From contig JBFWJS010000004.1 in NCBI GenBank assembly GCA_050253075.1, forward strand, positions 32,001-96,000: a stretch of DNA of 64,000 nucleotides. Direction: 5' to 3'. Positions 55,151 through 64,000 of the stretch are shown in pieces. Made by a program: the position numbers and the translations under genes. Below the pieces are notes generated by a model that did not search any database, had not been told where the DNA came from, and saw only the letters and a list, made by a program, of their open reading frames with translations. This DNA comes from Deferribacterales bacterium (GTDB lineage Bacteria > Chrysiogenota > Deferribacteres > Deferribacterales > Geovibrionaceae). The first letter of the stretch is position 1. Every line of letters begins with the position of its first letter.

Positions 55151-56057
55151 AAAGCACCCTGATCTTTTCACAGTCTTTATCTATCTGAGCTGTGAGCTCG
55201 TCTAAATTGCTGAATTTAATATCTCCGCGTATAAAGTTTACCACATCCACGTCTATCACCTTTCCGTAAAGATTATCGGAAAAGTCGAAGATGTTCACCT
55301 CTACACGCTTGTTATGGGCATTTTGTATGGTCGGTCGGTCGCCGACGTAAAGAGCGCCCAAATACTCTCTGCCGTCGATATGCACTATGCTTGAATAGAT
55401 GCCGTTTGACGGAATAAGTTCGTTCTGAACTGCAATATTCGCAGTGGGGAAGCCTATCTTTGCCCCGAGTCCGTCACCACGGATAACCTCGCCCCTCATA
55501 GAATAATTCCTGCCGAGCAGCTTTGCGGCCATCTCTGGGTTTTCATTCTTAAGGTAATTGCGTATGTTTGTGCTGGATGCGGTGACGCCGTCCACGACGA
55601 CCTTCTGCACACGGAGCGGTGTGAAGCCGTGCTTCTCCGCCATGGTCTGGAGAAATTCGTAAGAGCCCTGCCTGTTCCGACCGAAGCGGTAGTCGTATCC
55701 AACGACGACAAAGCTAGCCTTCATCTTTTTCAGCAGGAATTCCCTGACGAAGACAGAAGGGTTTATCCCCGCCATCTCTTTATTGAAATCCAGCAGAAAG
55801 AGCTTGTCCACGCCGAGCTTTTCAAACTGCTCGATCTTCATCTCTGTGGTCTGCAGGAGGCTGACATCTGCGCCGAAGAAGCGCATCGGATGCGGGTCGA
55901 ATGTGACCAGACCGCTGGAAAATCCGCGCTCTTTCGCAAGGGTGACCACACGCTCGACAATTGCGGCGTGCCCCAGATGTACACCGTCAAAGTTGCCTAT
56001 GCTGACAGCCATATTTTTTTCAGCCTGAAAGTGCGTCAGGTCTCTTATTATCTCCAT
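55140..56057 (-). CDS. ribF: Bifunctional riboflavin kinase/FAD synthetase
   Basis: GNFDGVHLGH, TFDPHP, G.D.RFG, SST.IR, GFPTAN. Confidence 0.94.
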   Translation of the reverse strand: MEIIRDLTHFQAEKNMAVSIGNFDGVHLGHAAIVERVVTLAKERGFSSGLVTFDPHPMRFFGADVSLLQTTEMKIEQFEKLGVDKLFLLDFNKEMAGINPSVFVREFLLKKMKASFVVVGYDYRFGRNRQGSYEFLQTMAEKHGFTPLRVQKVVVDGVTASSTNIRNYLKNENPEMAAKLLGRNYSMRGEVIRGDGLGAKIGFPTANIAVQNELIPSNGIYSSIVHIDGREYLGALYVGDRPTIQNAHNKRVEVNIFDFSDNLYGKVIDVDVVNFIRGDIKFSNLDELTAQIDKDCEKIRVLFEK

Positions 56058-56200
56058 CGTGGTTTAAAATATGACAAAATTCGCCCATAAATCAACACAT
56101 TTATTTTAATTATGTATTATGTAAATTTGATTGACAAAAATCATATGTCATATATATAAATATATAGATTTTGTTTCGTCTCTTTTAAGGAGTATTTATT

Positions 56201-56500
56201 ATGGAAGAATGGTTCAACATGTATTCAGAGAAACTCAAGGCGCTCGGACACCCAATCAGACTCAAACTTGTGATCGGACTTATGAATAACGAGTGCAACG
56301 TTACTAAAATATGCAAAGGGCTCGAAATACCACAGGCTACGACAAGCCAGCACCTTGCAATCCTTAAGAATAAAGGCATTATAGTCGGAAAAAGAACAGG
56401 CACAAGCATTTGTTACAGCATATGCGACGACGGCATCAAAACTATGATCAAAGAGCTCATGGAGAAAACAGGATGCAAATCACCTTGCGACGAGCATTAA
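56201..56500 (+). CDS. ArsR/SmtB family regulator
   Basis: LKALGHP.RL, SQHL..L; several Cys. Confidence 0.9.
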   Translation: MEEWFNMYSEKLKALGHPIRLKLVIGLMNNECNVTKICKGLEIPQATTSQHLAILKNKGIIVGKRTGTSICYSICDDGIKTMIKELMEKTGCKSPCDEH

Positions 56501-57795
56501 CGGCGGGTTTTATCCTCCTTCTGTCCGCCACGTCTTTTGCAAAGCCGATGACATTCGACGAAGCAAAGAAGGCGGCACTCGAAAATTCTAATATAATCAA
56601 ATCCTACGAGGCGAAAGAAAAAGCCGCCTCCTACAGGAAATATCAGGCCATAGGCGCATACATGCCTAAGGTCAGCTATATACAGACATACTCGAAAAGC
56701 GACGAGCCGGGCACGGCGGCATTTGCCACAGCCATGCAGGGACGTTTCGACAACAACTACTTCGCTAACGAGATGTCTGACCCTGACTATGTCACAAACC
56801 ACCAGAGCAAGATACAGGTCATGCAGCCGATATTTATGAAAGGTCAGATAATATTCGGCATACGGCAGGCGAACGAAGCCTATAAGGCGAGCAGATTCGA
56901 AACCGAGCGTGTGCGCCAGTACACCCTTTTCAATCTGCATCAGGCATTCTACGGGCTGGCTCTTGCGGAAAAGGCTATGGATGTCGTTAAACATTCATAC
57001 GACCGCACAAACAGATACTATAACACCGCACAGGACTTCTATACAAACGGGCTGATAGTACAGAGCGACCTGCTCGTCAGCGAAAGTTACCTGCTGATGA
57101 ACGAACAGGCTGTCAAAGACGCCGAGAAACAGCACGCCGTCGCCATGAGCCAGCTCCAGAGGCTGCTCGCAACGGACGAGGCCATAGAGATCGTATGGAC
57201 AGACCCGAAGCTCACATTCACCGAGAATGTCGACGAATACACGAAAGAAGGGCTGGAAAAGAGGCAGGACCTCGCAGCTATGCAGAAATATGCTAAGGTC
57301 ACAGGGCTGGAAAACAGCAAGTCCAAGGCTGCTTTCCTCCCATCTATATCAGTATTCGCAGACTATCAGAGAAACGACGACGAGCTGTGGGGGGACAACG
57401 GAGAGGGATATACATTCGGCGCACAGATGGAGCTGAACCTCTTCAACGGATTTGCGGATTATAACAAAACACGTGAGACAAAGAGCAGCTACTACTCTAT
57501 GCTTCACCAGATAGCAGATAAAAAACTAGAAATAAAATCAGAGATCAAAACTTCATTCTACGGCGTTATCGCCGCATCAAAACAGATCGAAGCGTCTAAG
57601 AAACGTGTGGAAGCAGCACAAAAAGCACTGGAGATCACCGAGAACAGATTCAATGAAGGACTGAGCAAAGTGACAGAGCTGCTCGACCGTGAGGTAGACC
57701 TCAAGCAGGCAGAGCTCTCACTCTATATGTCCGAGTATCAGCAGATAGTCGAACAGGCAGGACTGCACCTGGCTGCCGGCACACTGGACTACTAA
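56473..57795 (+). CDS. TolC family outer membrane efflux protein
   Basis: Signal peptide from ATG 56473; OEP repeats; adjacent to MFP and RND genes. Confidence 0.85.
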   Translation: MQITLRRALTAGFILLLSATSFAKPMTFDEAKKAALENSNIIKSYEAKEKAASYRKYQAIGAYMPKVSYIQTYSKSDEPGTAAFATAMQGRFDNNYFANEMSDPDYVTNHQSKIQVMQPIFMKGQIIFGIRQANEAYKASRFETERVRQYTLFNLHQAFYGLALAEKAMDVVKHSYDRTNRYYNTAQDFYTNGLIVQSDLLVSESYLLMNEQAVKDAEKQHAVAMSQLQRLLATDEAIEIVWTDPKLTFTENVDEYTKEGLEKRQDLAAMQKYAKVTGLENSKSKAAFLPSISVFADYQRNDDELWGDNGEGYTFGAQMELNLFNGFADYNKTRETKSSYYSMLHQIADKKLEIKSEIKTSFYGVIAASKQIEASKKRVEAAQKALEITENRFNEGLSKVTELLDREVDLKQAELSLYMSEYQQIVEQAGLHLAAGTLDY

Positions 57796-57950
57796 GATTT
57801 TTTTAAACTTTTAAATAGGAATGCCGGATGAACACAGAGTGATTCCGGCATATACATATAGTATAATTAAGAAGCAGCTAATAAGTTTAGCTTGCATAAT
57901 TATGCTAATTTCATAATATATGAATATATAAATATTATTGAGGTAACATT

Positions 57951-59129
57951 ATGCTTCGCTTAGTTTTGATATCAGTTTTTGCAGTTGCTCTCCTCAGCGC
58001 ATGCGGGAAAGAGGAAGAGAAGGCCGAGATGGTGGACACTCCGAAGAACGTCACTGTGCAGACGATGACGGTGGAGAAATCAGATGAATCCTCCTCACGC
58101 AGTTTCACTGCGACGGTGTCCAGCGACAAGACAGCTTTCATCATCCCAAAGGTGGTGGGATACATAGAGCAGATATATGTAAATACGGGACAGCAGGTCA
58201 AAAAAGGCGACCTCCTCGCCACTATCAAATCGGGCGAGCTCGAGGATAAATACAACTTTGCCCAGTCATCCGTACAGGAAGCAGAGAACGGCCTCAAGCA
58301 GGCTGAGATAGGCTTGAAAATGGCTGACGCACAGCACATGCAGGCACATTCTCAGTATGAGCTGGCGAAGAAGACATACGACAGATACAGCAACCTGATA
58401 AAGAACAACAGCGTATCCAGACAGGAATTTGATCAGATAGAAGCAAAATACGACCTCGCACAGCAGCAGCTTAACATAGCGACAGAGAACGTCAGCCTCG
58501 CCAAAGAGAAAGTGGCACAGGTAAAGCTGAAAGAACAGCAGGCGAGAAGCATGCTAAGCGAAGTGCAGACATACCTCTCATATACAAAGATAAGAGCACC
58601 ATTCGACGGAGTCGTCCTTGAGAAAACAATGGATGCGGGCAACCTCGCCGCACCGGGCAACTCCATCATGAAGATAGGAAACTCAGAGACTGTGGTGTAC
58701 ACATACATCAGCCAGTCTCTCATCAGTGACATAAAACCCGGGATGGAAGCGGTGATAACCGTGGAATCCCTCGATCAGGAATACGATAGCGAAGTGCTCG
58801 AGGTCAGCCCCGACGTAGACGTCTTCACAGGGAACTTCAAAGTGAAGCTGATGGGATGTCAGGATCTATACCCGGGCATGTTTGCCAAAGTACGCTTTAT
58901 CACAGGATCTGAAAAGGTCATCACAGTACCCGAATCCGCAGTGGTAAAACGCGGACAGCTCACGATAGTCTTTGTAGACGACAACGGCAAGGCCGACATG
59001 AGGGTCGTAAAAACAGGACGTGAACTCGGCGGTATGACAGAGATAATATCAGGACTCGAAGAGGGTGAGAAAATAGTCACCCATAATGCAAAACTACTCA
59101 AATCAGGCGATATATTAGAGGCTGAGTAA
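57951..59129 (+). CDS. RND efflux periplasmic adaptor (MFP), lipoprotein
   Basis: Lipobox LSAC; G..VKKG..L, IRAPFDG, PGMFA. Confidence 0.9.
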   Translation: MLRLVLISVFAVALLSACGKEEEKAEMVDTPKNVTVQTMTVEKSDESSSRSFTATVSSDKTAFIIPKVVGYIEQIYVNTGQQVKKGDLLATIKSGELEDKYNFAQSSVQEAENGLKQAEIGLKMADAQHMQAHSQYELAKKTYDRYSNLIKNNSVSRQEFDQIEAKYDLAQQQLNIATENVSLAKEKVAQVKLKEQQARSMLSEVQTYLSYTKIRAPFDGVVLEKTMDAGNLAAPGNSIMKIGNSETVVYTYISQSLISDIKPGMEAVITVESLDQEYDSEVLEVSPDVDVFTGNFKVKLMGCQDLYPGMFAKVRFITGSEKVITVPESAVVKRGQLTIVFVDDNGKADMRVVKTGRELGGMTEIISGLEEGEKIVTHNAKLLKSGDILEAE

Positions 59130-59130
59130 G

Positions 59131-62100
59131 ATGGAAAACGAAAAAAAGAATTTAGCCGAAAAGATAGCCTCCGGCTTTATCACTTCGAAGATAACGCCTC
59201 TTCTGGTGATAGCGACCATCTTCATCGGACTGGTCTCCATCATCATGACACCCAAAGAGGAAGAACCGCAGATCGTCGTGCCTATGGTGGACGTCTTTGT
59301 CCCATACCCGGGCGCCACATCCGCAGACGTTGAAAAGACAGTCACAGAGCCTCTGGAGGAGATCATCTGGGAGATCCCCGGTGTGGAATACGTCTACAGC
59401 ACCAGCATGAACGACATGGGCATGGTGATAGTCCGCTTTAAAGTGGGCGAGGACACAGTCGCCTCCATCACAAACCTGAAGGACAAGATAGACTTCAACA
59501 TGGCCAGCATGCCCTACGGCGTGGAACAGCCTATCATACAGAGCCGTGCCATAGACGACGTGCCGCAGGTGGCGTTCACCCTGTGGTCTAAGGAATACGA
59601 CGCATATCAGCTCCGCCGTATCGCAGCCGAGGTGGAGAAGCGCATCAAAGAGATACCGAACATCTCCAAGACTGAGATCATCGGCGGATACCAGCGCATC
59701 ATACGCATCGAGCCGAACATCGAAAAGCTGAAAGCATATAACCTCGACCTCTTCAGACTGATGAAAGCCGTAGAGACATCAAACTTGTCGCTGAACACAG
59801 GCGACATCACAAAATCTAACCGTGTGTATTACGTCTCTGCGGGCGGGTTCTTCACCGACATAAACGACGTTAAGACTATGGTAGTCGGCGCACACAACAA
59901 CAAGGCGGTCTACCTTAAAGACGTGGCAGAGGTCTACGACGGCCCCGAAGTGCCCGAGCATCACCTGCTGATGGGATTCACACAGGATAAATCACTGGAA
60001 AAATATCAGGCGGTCACTATCTCCATATCAAAGCGCAAGGGGAGCGACTCTGTTGTCGTTGCCGATGCCGTGATGGAAAAGATGAACTCGCTGAAAGGAT
60101 ACGTAATACCGAAAGAGGTGGAAGTGACCACCACAAGAAACTACGGCGAAACCGCATACACAAAGGTCATGCTCCTCATAGAGCACCTTGTGGGCGCTAT
60201 CATAGCCGTTATCCTCGTCATGAGCCTTACTATGGGCTGGCGTGCGGGGCTTGTGGTTTTCGTGGCGCTCCCCGTCACATTTGCCCTCACCTTCTTCGTA
60301 TACTTCATGTTTGACTACACTCTGAACAGGGTCACACTGTTTGCCCTTATATTTGTTGCGGGGCTTGTGGTGGACGACGCCATCATCGTGGTGGAGAACA
60401 TGGAGCGGCACTTTAAAATGGGCGGTAAGAAGGACCTGCTGAAAAAGGCTATAAAAGCCGTCGGCGAGGTGGGGAACCCCACGATACTCGCCACTGTGAC
60501 CGTTATCGTCGCCATATTCCCCATGGCATTCGTAAGGGGTCTGATGGGGCCGTACATGAAGCCGATGCCCATTGGCGCATCTCTGGCGATGATATTCTCG
60601 CTCTTTGTGGCGCTGATGATAACCCCGTGGCTCTCTTATAAACTGCTGGCAGGACACGCAGCGAAGCATAACGATGAGCATGTGGACGAGGAAGAATTTG
60701 TCAAATCCACAAAACTTTATAAGATATACAACTCCGTCTTCGGAGCTCTCATAGACAACTGGAAGAAGAGGCTCGCCGTTACACTCGTACTCCTCGGGCT
60801 TTTCTTCGGCGCATTTATCTTCATCCCTACGAAGCTGGTCGTGATGAAGATGCTGCCGTTTGACAATAAAAACGAAATACAGATAGTCATCGACACCCCC
60901 GAAGGGACGCCCCTCGAGAAGACCACAGCCGTGGGCATAGAGGTGGGTAAATACCTCGCAACCCTCGATGAGGTAGACAACTATCAGATATATTCAGGCA
61001 TATCCTCACCGTACAACTTCAACGGTCTGGTGCGTCACTATTTCCTCCGTACTGGGCATAACGTGGCAGACGTACAGGTAAACCTGAAAGACAAAGCATT
61101 CAGAGACAAAGACAGCCACGCACTTGCCAAAATGATGCGTGAACCAGTGCAGAAGATAGGCGAGCGCATGGGCGCAAACATAAAGATAGCCGAGGTTCCG
61201 CCCGGCCCTCCCGTACTCTCGACACTGGTGGCTGAGGTATACGGACCGGACGCAAAGGCGAGAAGCGAAGTCGCCGACATGATAACTAATGTCTTCAAAA
61301 GCACCGACGGCGTGGTTGACATAGACACATACGAAGAGGAAAACATGGTTCAGCTCGACCTTCAGGTTGATAAGCAGAAGGCGGCTGTCATGGGCATCTC
61401 TGCGGAGATGGTGTCAAAGACGCTCTACATGGCTCTGCAGGGTATGCAGGCGGGTATCCTCCACACAGGCGAAGACAGAGAGCCCGTGAAGATAACCATC
61501 AAACTGCCCGAAGACAGACGAAACATGATAGGAACTCTCTCAGAGGTGAACATTATCTCCATGAGCGGACGCTCGGTCTCGCTCGGCGAGCTGGTCACCG
61601 TGAGGGAAAAGATAAAGGACAAATCCATCTATCACAAAAACATGAAGCCCGTGGTATACATCACGGCGGACGTAGCGGGCAAGGTGGAAAGCCCCGTTTA
61701 CCTCATACTGGAGATGAAAAAGAAGATAGCAGAGCTCTCATGGCAGGGCGTTCCGATAAAGCAGTACTGGACAGACACACCGTCAGACTATGACGTGCCG
61801 TCTATCAAGTGGGACGGCGAGTGGCAGATCACCTATGAAGTTTTCCGTGACCTCGGGCTGGCATTTGCCGCTGTTCTCGTGCTGATGTACTTCGTACTTG
61901 TCGGCTGGTTTAAGTCGTTCTCCACACCGCTGATAATGATGGTCCCTATCCCGCTTTCACTGCTGGGCATCATCCCGGGGCACTTCATCTTCGGAAAGTT
62001 TTTCACTGCTACTAGCATGATAGGCTTCATAGCACTGGCGGGCATTATGGTGCGTAACGCCGTGCTTCTGATAGATTTCATCGAGCACGGGCTAGCAAAC

Positions 62101-62328
62101 GGTAAATCACTGCGTGATGCCGTGATAGAGTCCGGTGCGATAAGGACAAGACCCGTGGTGCTGACAACCGTTGCCGTTGTGGCGGGTGCGCTCTTCATGC
62201 TGCCCGACCCGATATTCGCAGGTCTCGGCGTGTCGCTCATCACAGGTGCGATAGTTTCTACAATACTGACACTGCTTATCATCCCGCTGATGTATTACTT
62301 CCATCACGAATTCTGGGATAACAGGTAG
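59131..62328 (+). CDS. RND efflux permease
   Basis: 1065 aa; PKEEEPQI.VP, GLVVDDAIIVVEN, R.RPVVLT. Confidence 0.93.
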   Translation: MENEKKNLAEKIASGFITSKITPLLVIATIFIGLVSIIMTPKEEEPQIVVPMVDVFVPYPGATSADVEKTVTEPLEEIIWEIPGVEYVYSTSMNDMGMVIVRFKVGEDTVASITNLKDKIDFNMASMPYGVEQPIIQSRAIDDVPQVAFTLWSKEYDAYQLRRIAAEVEKRIKEIPNISKTEIIGGYQRIIRIEPNIEKLKAYNLDLFRLMKAVETSNLSLNTGDITKSNRVYYVSAGGFFTDINDVKTMVVGAHNNKAVYLKDVAEVYDGPEVPEHHLLMGFTQDKSLEKYQAVTISISKRKGSDSVVVADAVMEKMNSLKGYVIPKEVEVTTTRNYGETAYTKVMLLIEHLVGAIIAVILVMSLTMGWRAGLVVFVALPVTFALTFFVYFMFDYTLNRVTLFALIFVAGLVVDDAIIVVENMERHFKMGGKKDLLKKAIKAVGEVGNPTILATVTVIVAIFPMAFVRGLMGPYMKPMPIGASLAMIFSLFVALMITPWLSYKLLAGHAAKHNDEHVDEEEFVKSTKLYKIYNSVFGALIDNWKKRLAVTLVLLGLFFGAFIFIPTKLVVMKMLPFDNKNEIQIVIDTPEGTPLEKTTAVGIEVGKYLATLDEVDNYQIYSGISSPYNFNGLVRHYFLRTGHNVADVQVNLKDKAFRDKDSHALAKMMREPVQKIGERMGANIKIAEVPPGPPVLSTLVAEVYGPDAKARSEVADMITNVFKSTDGVVDIDTYEEENMVQLDLQVDKQKAAVMGISAEMVSKTLYMALQGMQAGILHTGEDREPVKITIKLPEDRRNMIGTLSEVNIISMSGRSVSLGELVTVREKIKDKSIYHKNMKPVVYITADVAGKVESPVYLILEMKKKIAELSWQGVPIKQYWTDTPSDYDVPSIKWDGEWQITYEVFRDLGLAFAAVLVLMYFVLVGWFKSFSTPLIMMVPIPLSLLGIIPGHFIFGKFFTATSMIGFIALAGIMVRNAVLLIDFIEHGLANGKSLRDAVIESGAIRTRPVVLTTVAVVAGALFMLPDPIFAGLGVSLITGAIVSTILTLLIIPLMYYFHHEFWDNR

Positions 62329-62426
62329 CACCTGTATGCAAAACACAAAGCAGTGAACGTAAGCAATGTACCACGCTTTACGCATCACGTTGTGATGCTT
62401 GCAATATTAATAGATAGGAGATTTAA

Positions 62427-62618
62427 ATGAGCATCAAAGACATATTAAGACTGGTTCCCGGGATATTCATCCTTTTCAGCGTTTTCATGGGCATCTATGT
62501 AAACAAATGGTGGCTGGCACTCGCTGTATTCGTAGGGCTGAACCTTCTGCAGTCCGCTTTTACAAAGTGGTGTCTGCTCGAGGACATCCTCCGCAAGATG
62601 GGCATCCGCGAACAATAG
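62427..62618 (+). CDS. DUF2892 (YgaP-like) membrane protein
   Basis: FVGLNLLQSAFTKWC; two TM segments. Confidence 0.85.
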   Translation: MSIKDILRLVPGIFILFSVFMGIYVNKWWLALAVFVGLNLLQSAFTKWCLLEDILRKMGIREQ

Positions 62619-62630
62619 CAGAAAATATAA

Positions 62631-62680
62631 GTCATAATGAGGAAGCCCTCCGGCTGACGTAATGATCTCGGCAGAATGAC
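62631..62680. repeat. Shortened REP-like unit
   Basis: gtcataatgaggaag...gacgtaatgatctc...gaatgac. Confidence 0.5.
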
Positions 62681-62730
62681 ATGGTTAATAATTTATGGCG
62701 CAATAGATAGTTATCGGCTATCATACATCT

Positions 62731-63762
62731 ATGAGTATTTTCAAGCTGGAGTTAAGCTATAAAAATCTGATGGTGATAGCCGCGGCTGTTCTCGTCCTGT
62801 CGCTGATATACAGGATACAGTCCATCATATCCATATTTGCCGTGTCTTTCTTCATCGCATACCTTCTGGATCCGCTGATAGACAGGATAGAAAAGCTGAA
62901 GATCCCACGTGTGCTCGGCATACTTATCCTAATAGCCCTACTTTCAATACTATTAGCGTTGTTCTTCATAGCCTTATTCCCGCTTTTATACTCAGAGGTG
63001 AACTACCTCGCATCATCCGTTCCGAAGGTGGTTGCGTCACTCACAGACACAGCGCAGCACATGGCTGAAAGGCTGAACATAGACATCACTCTAGACAGCT
63101 TAAAGAATCAGCTCGCCCCCAAAGCAGGCGAGATAGCAAAGCAGACGCTGAACGCCGTTGAAGGACTTCTTGCGTCCGCCACCACAGCCGTCGGAAGCAT
63201 TATAAACCTTGCCATCGTGCCTATACTCATCTTTTACTTTCTGAAGGATTTCGACAGACTGAATAACAAGCTGTATGAGATCATAGGCAGAAAGGAAGAC
63301 GGCGAAAAACTAAAAAGATACCTCACAGAATTCGACACCATCCTCTCGGTATATTTCAGAGGACAGGTGATAGTGGCCGCCATTCTGGCTGTCTTATACA
63401 CTGCCGTACTGCTCATCGTGGGTGTTAAGCCTGCGGTGCTCATAGGGCTTGTCTCGGGCGTACTGAGCATCGTGCCTTATCTCGGGTTCATCATCGGCTT
63501 CGGCTCGTCTCTGATACTTGCGATAGTACAGTTTCAGGACATACTGCACCCGCTGATGGTCGTGGCGGGCTTCGCCATAGTACAGATGATAGAGGGGAAC
63601 TTCATCACTCCGAAGATAGTCGGTGAATCCCTCGGACTGCACCCGACAGCGGTGATATTCGCTCTCCTTGCGGGCGGTTCGCTTTTCGGCATCGGGGGGA
63701 TGATAATAGCCCTTCCCATCGCCGCATTCATTAAGATTTTGATAAAAGAGCAGATAGCATGA
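62731..63762 (+). CDS. AI-2E family transporter
   Basis: AYLL.P, Y.RGQ, IVPYLG, Q.IEGN...PKI.G...GLHP. Confidence 0.9.
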   Translation: MSIFKLELSYKNLMVIAAAVLVLSLIYRIQSIISIFAVSFFIAYLLDPLIDRIEKLKIPRVLGILILIALLSILLALFFIALFPLLYSEVNYLASSVPKVVASLTDTAQHMAERLNIDITLDSLKNQLAPKAGEIAKQTLNAVEGLLASATTAVGSIINLAIVPILIFYFLKDFDRLNNKLYEIIGRKEDGEKLKRYLTEFDTILSVYFRGQVIVAAILAVLYTAVLLIVGVKPAVLIGLVSGVLSIVPYLGFIIGFGSSLILAIVQFQDILHPLMVVAGFAIVQMIEGNFITPKIVGESLGLHPTAVIFALLAGGSLFGIGGMIIALPIAAFIKILIKEQIA

Positions 63763-64000
63763 AAGTAGAAGGAAAACTCTGGATAGACATCAACGGACTA
63801 GGCACGGCTGGGCAGGTGCGCATACGCCTCCTCGAGCTGATAGCAGAAACAGGCTCCATAAATAAAGCCGCACAGACCATAGGCATGAGCTATAAGGGCG
63901 CATGGGACAACATCAACACCCTGAACCAGATATTCGGCAAAGACCTCGTAGAGCGCAAAATAGGCGGTAAAGGGGGCGGTGGAACAGTCCTCACCGAGCA
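63759..64000 (+). CDS. modE: ModE-family molybdate regulator HTH (truncated by window end)
   Basis: Own translation: MKVEGKLWID...RIRLLELIAETGSINKAAQTIGMSYKGAWDNI...GGKGGGGTVLT. Confidence 0.8.
   Translation, partial: MKVEGKLWIDINGLGTAGQVRIRLLELIAETGSINKAAQTIGMSYKGAWDNINTLNQIFGKDLVERKIGGKGGGGTVLTE

Overview
Bacterial chromosomal window of moderate GC. Gene content and protein styles suggest an anaerobic Gram-negative organism, plausibly Deferribacterales-like (inference, not proven). Contents in order: three tandem NifB/NifX-family genes; a large TCA cluster (korDABC, sucCD, mdh, monomeric icd, acnB, plus divergent fumC and two-subunit class I fumarase); an exported caspase-FGE protein followed by three lipoproteins, one an unannotated 41-aa ORF; gdhA with an uncharacterised PPDK-N-like partner; a sensor kinase; an Xis-HTH/PTS-IIA regulator with a SulP transporter; a phosphatase cluster (internally duplicated PhoA, PhoX, di-CxxCH protein); housekeeping blocks (tmk-holB-ricT-metG-tatD, ybaB-recR-rng-rlmE-larB, ribF-rimO-bamD-serS-rsmI); and an ArsR-TolC-MFP-RND-DUF2892 export locus. 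Non-coding signals: two copies of a TTAA-flanked MITE-like element, dispersed GTCAT...ATGAC REP-like palindromes, GGA-loop hairpins, a TGTATACA-RWATAC motif shared by three TCA promoters, a duplicated fumC start, and a structured kor leader. No tRNA, rRNA, CRISPR array or transposase was recognised.
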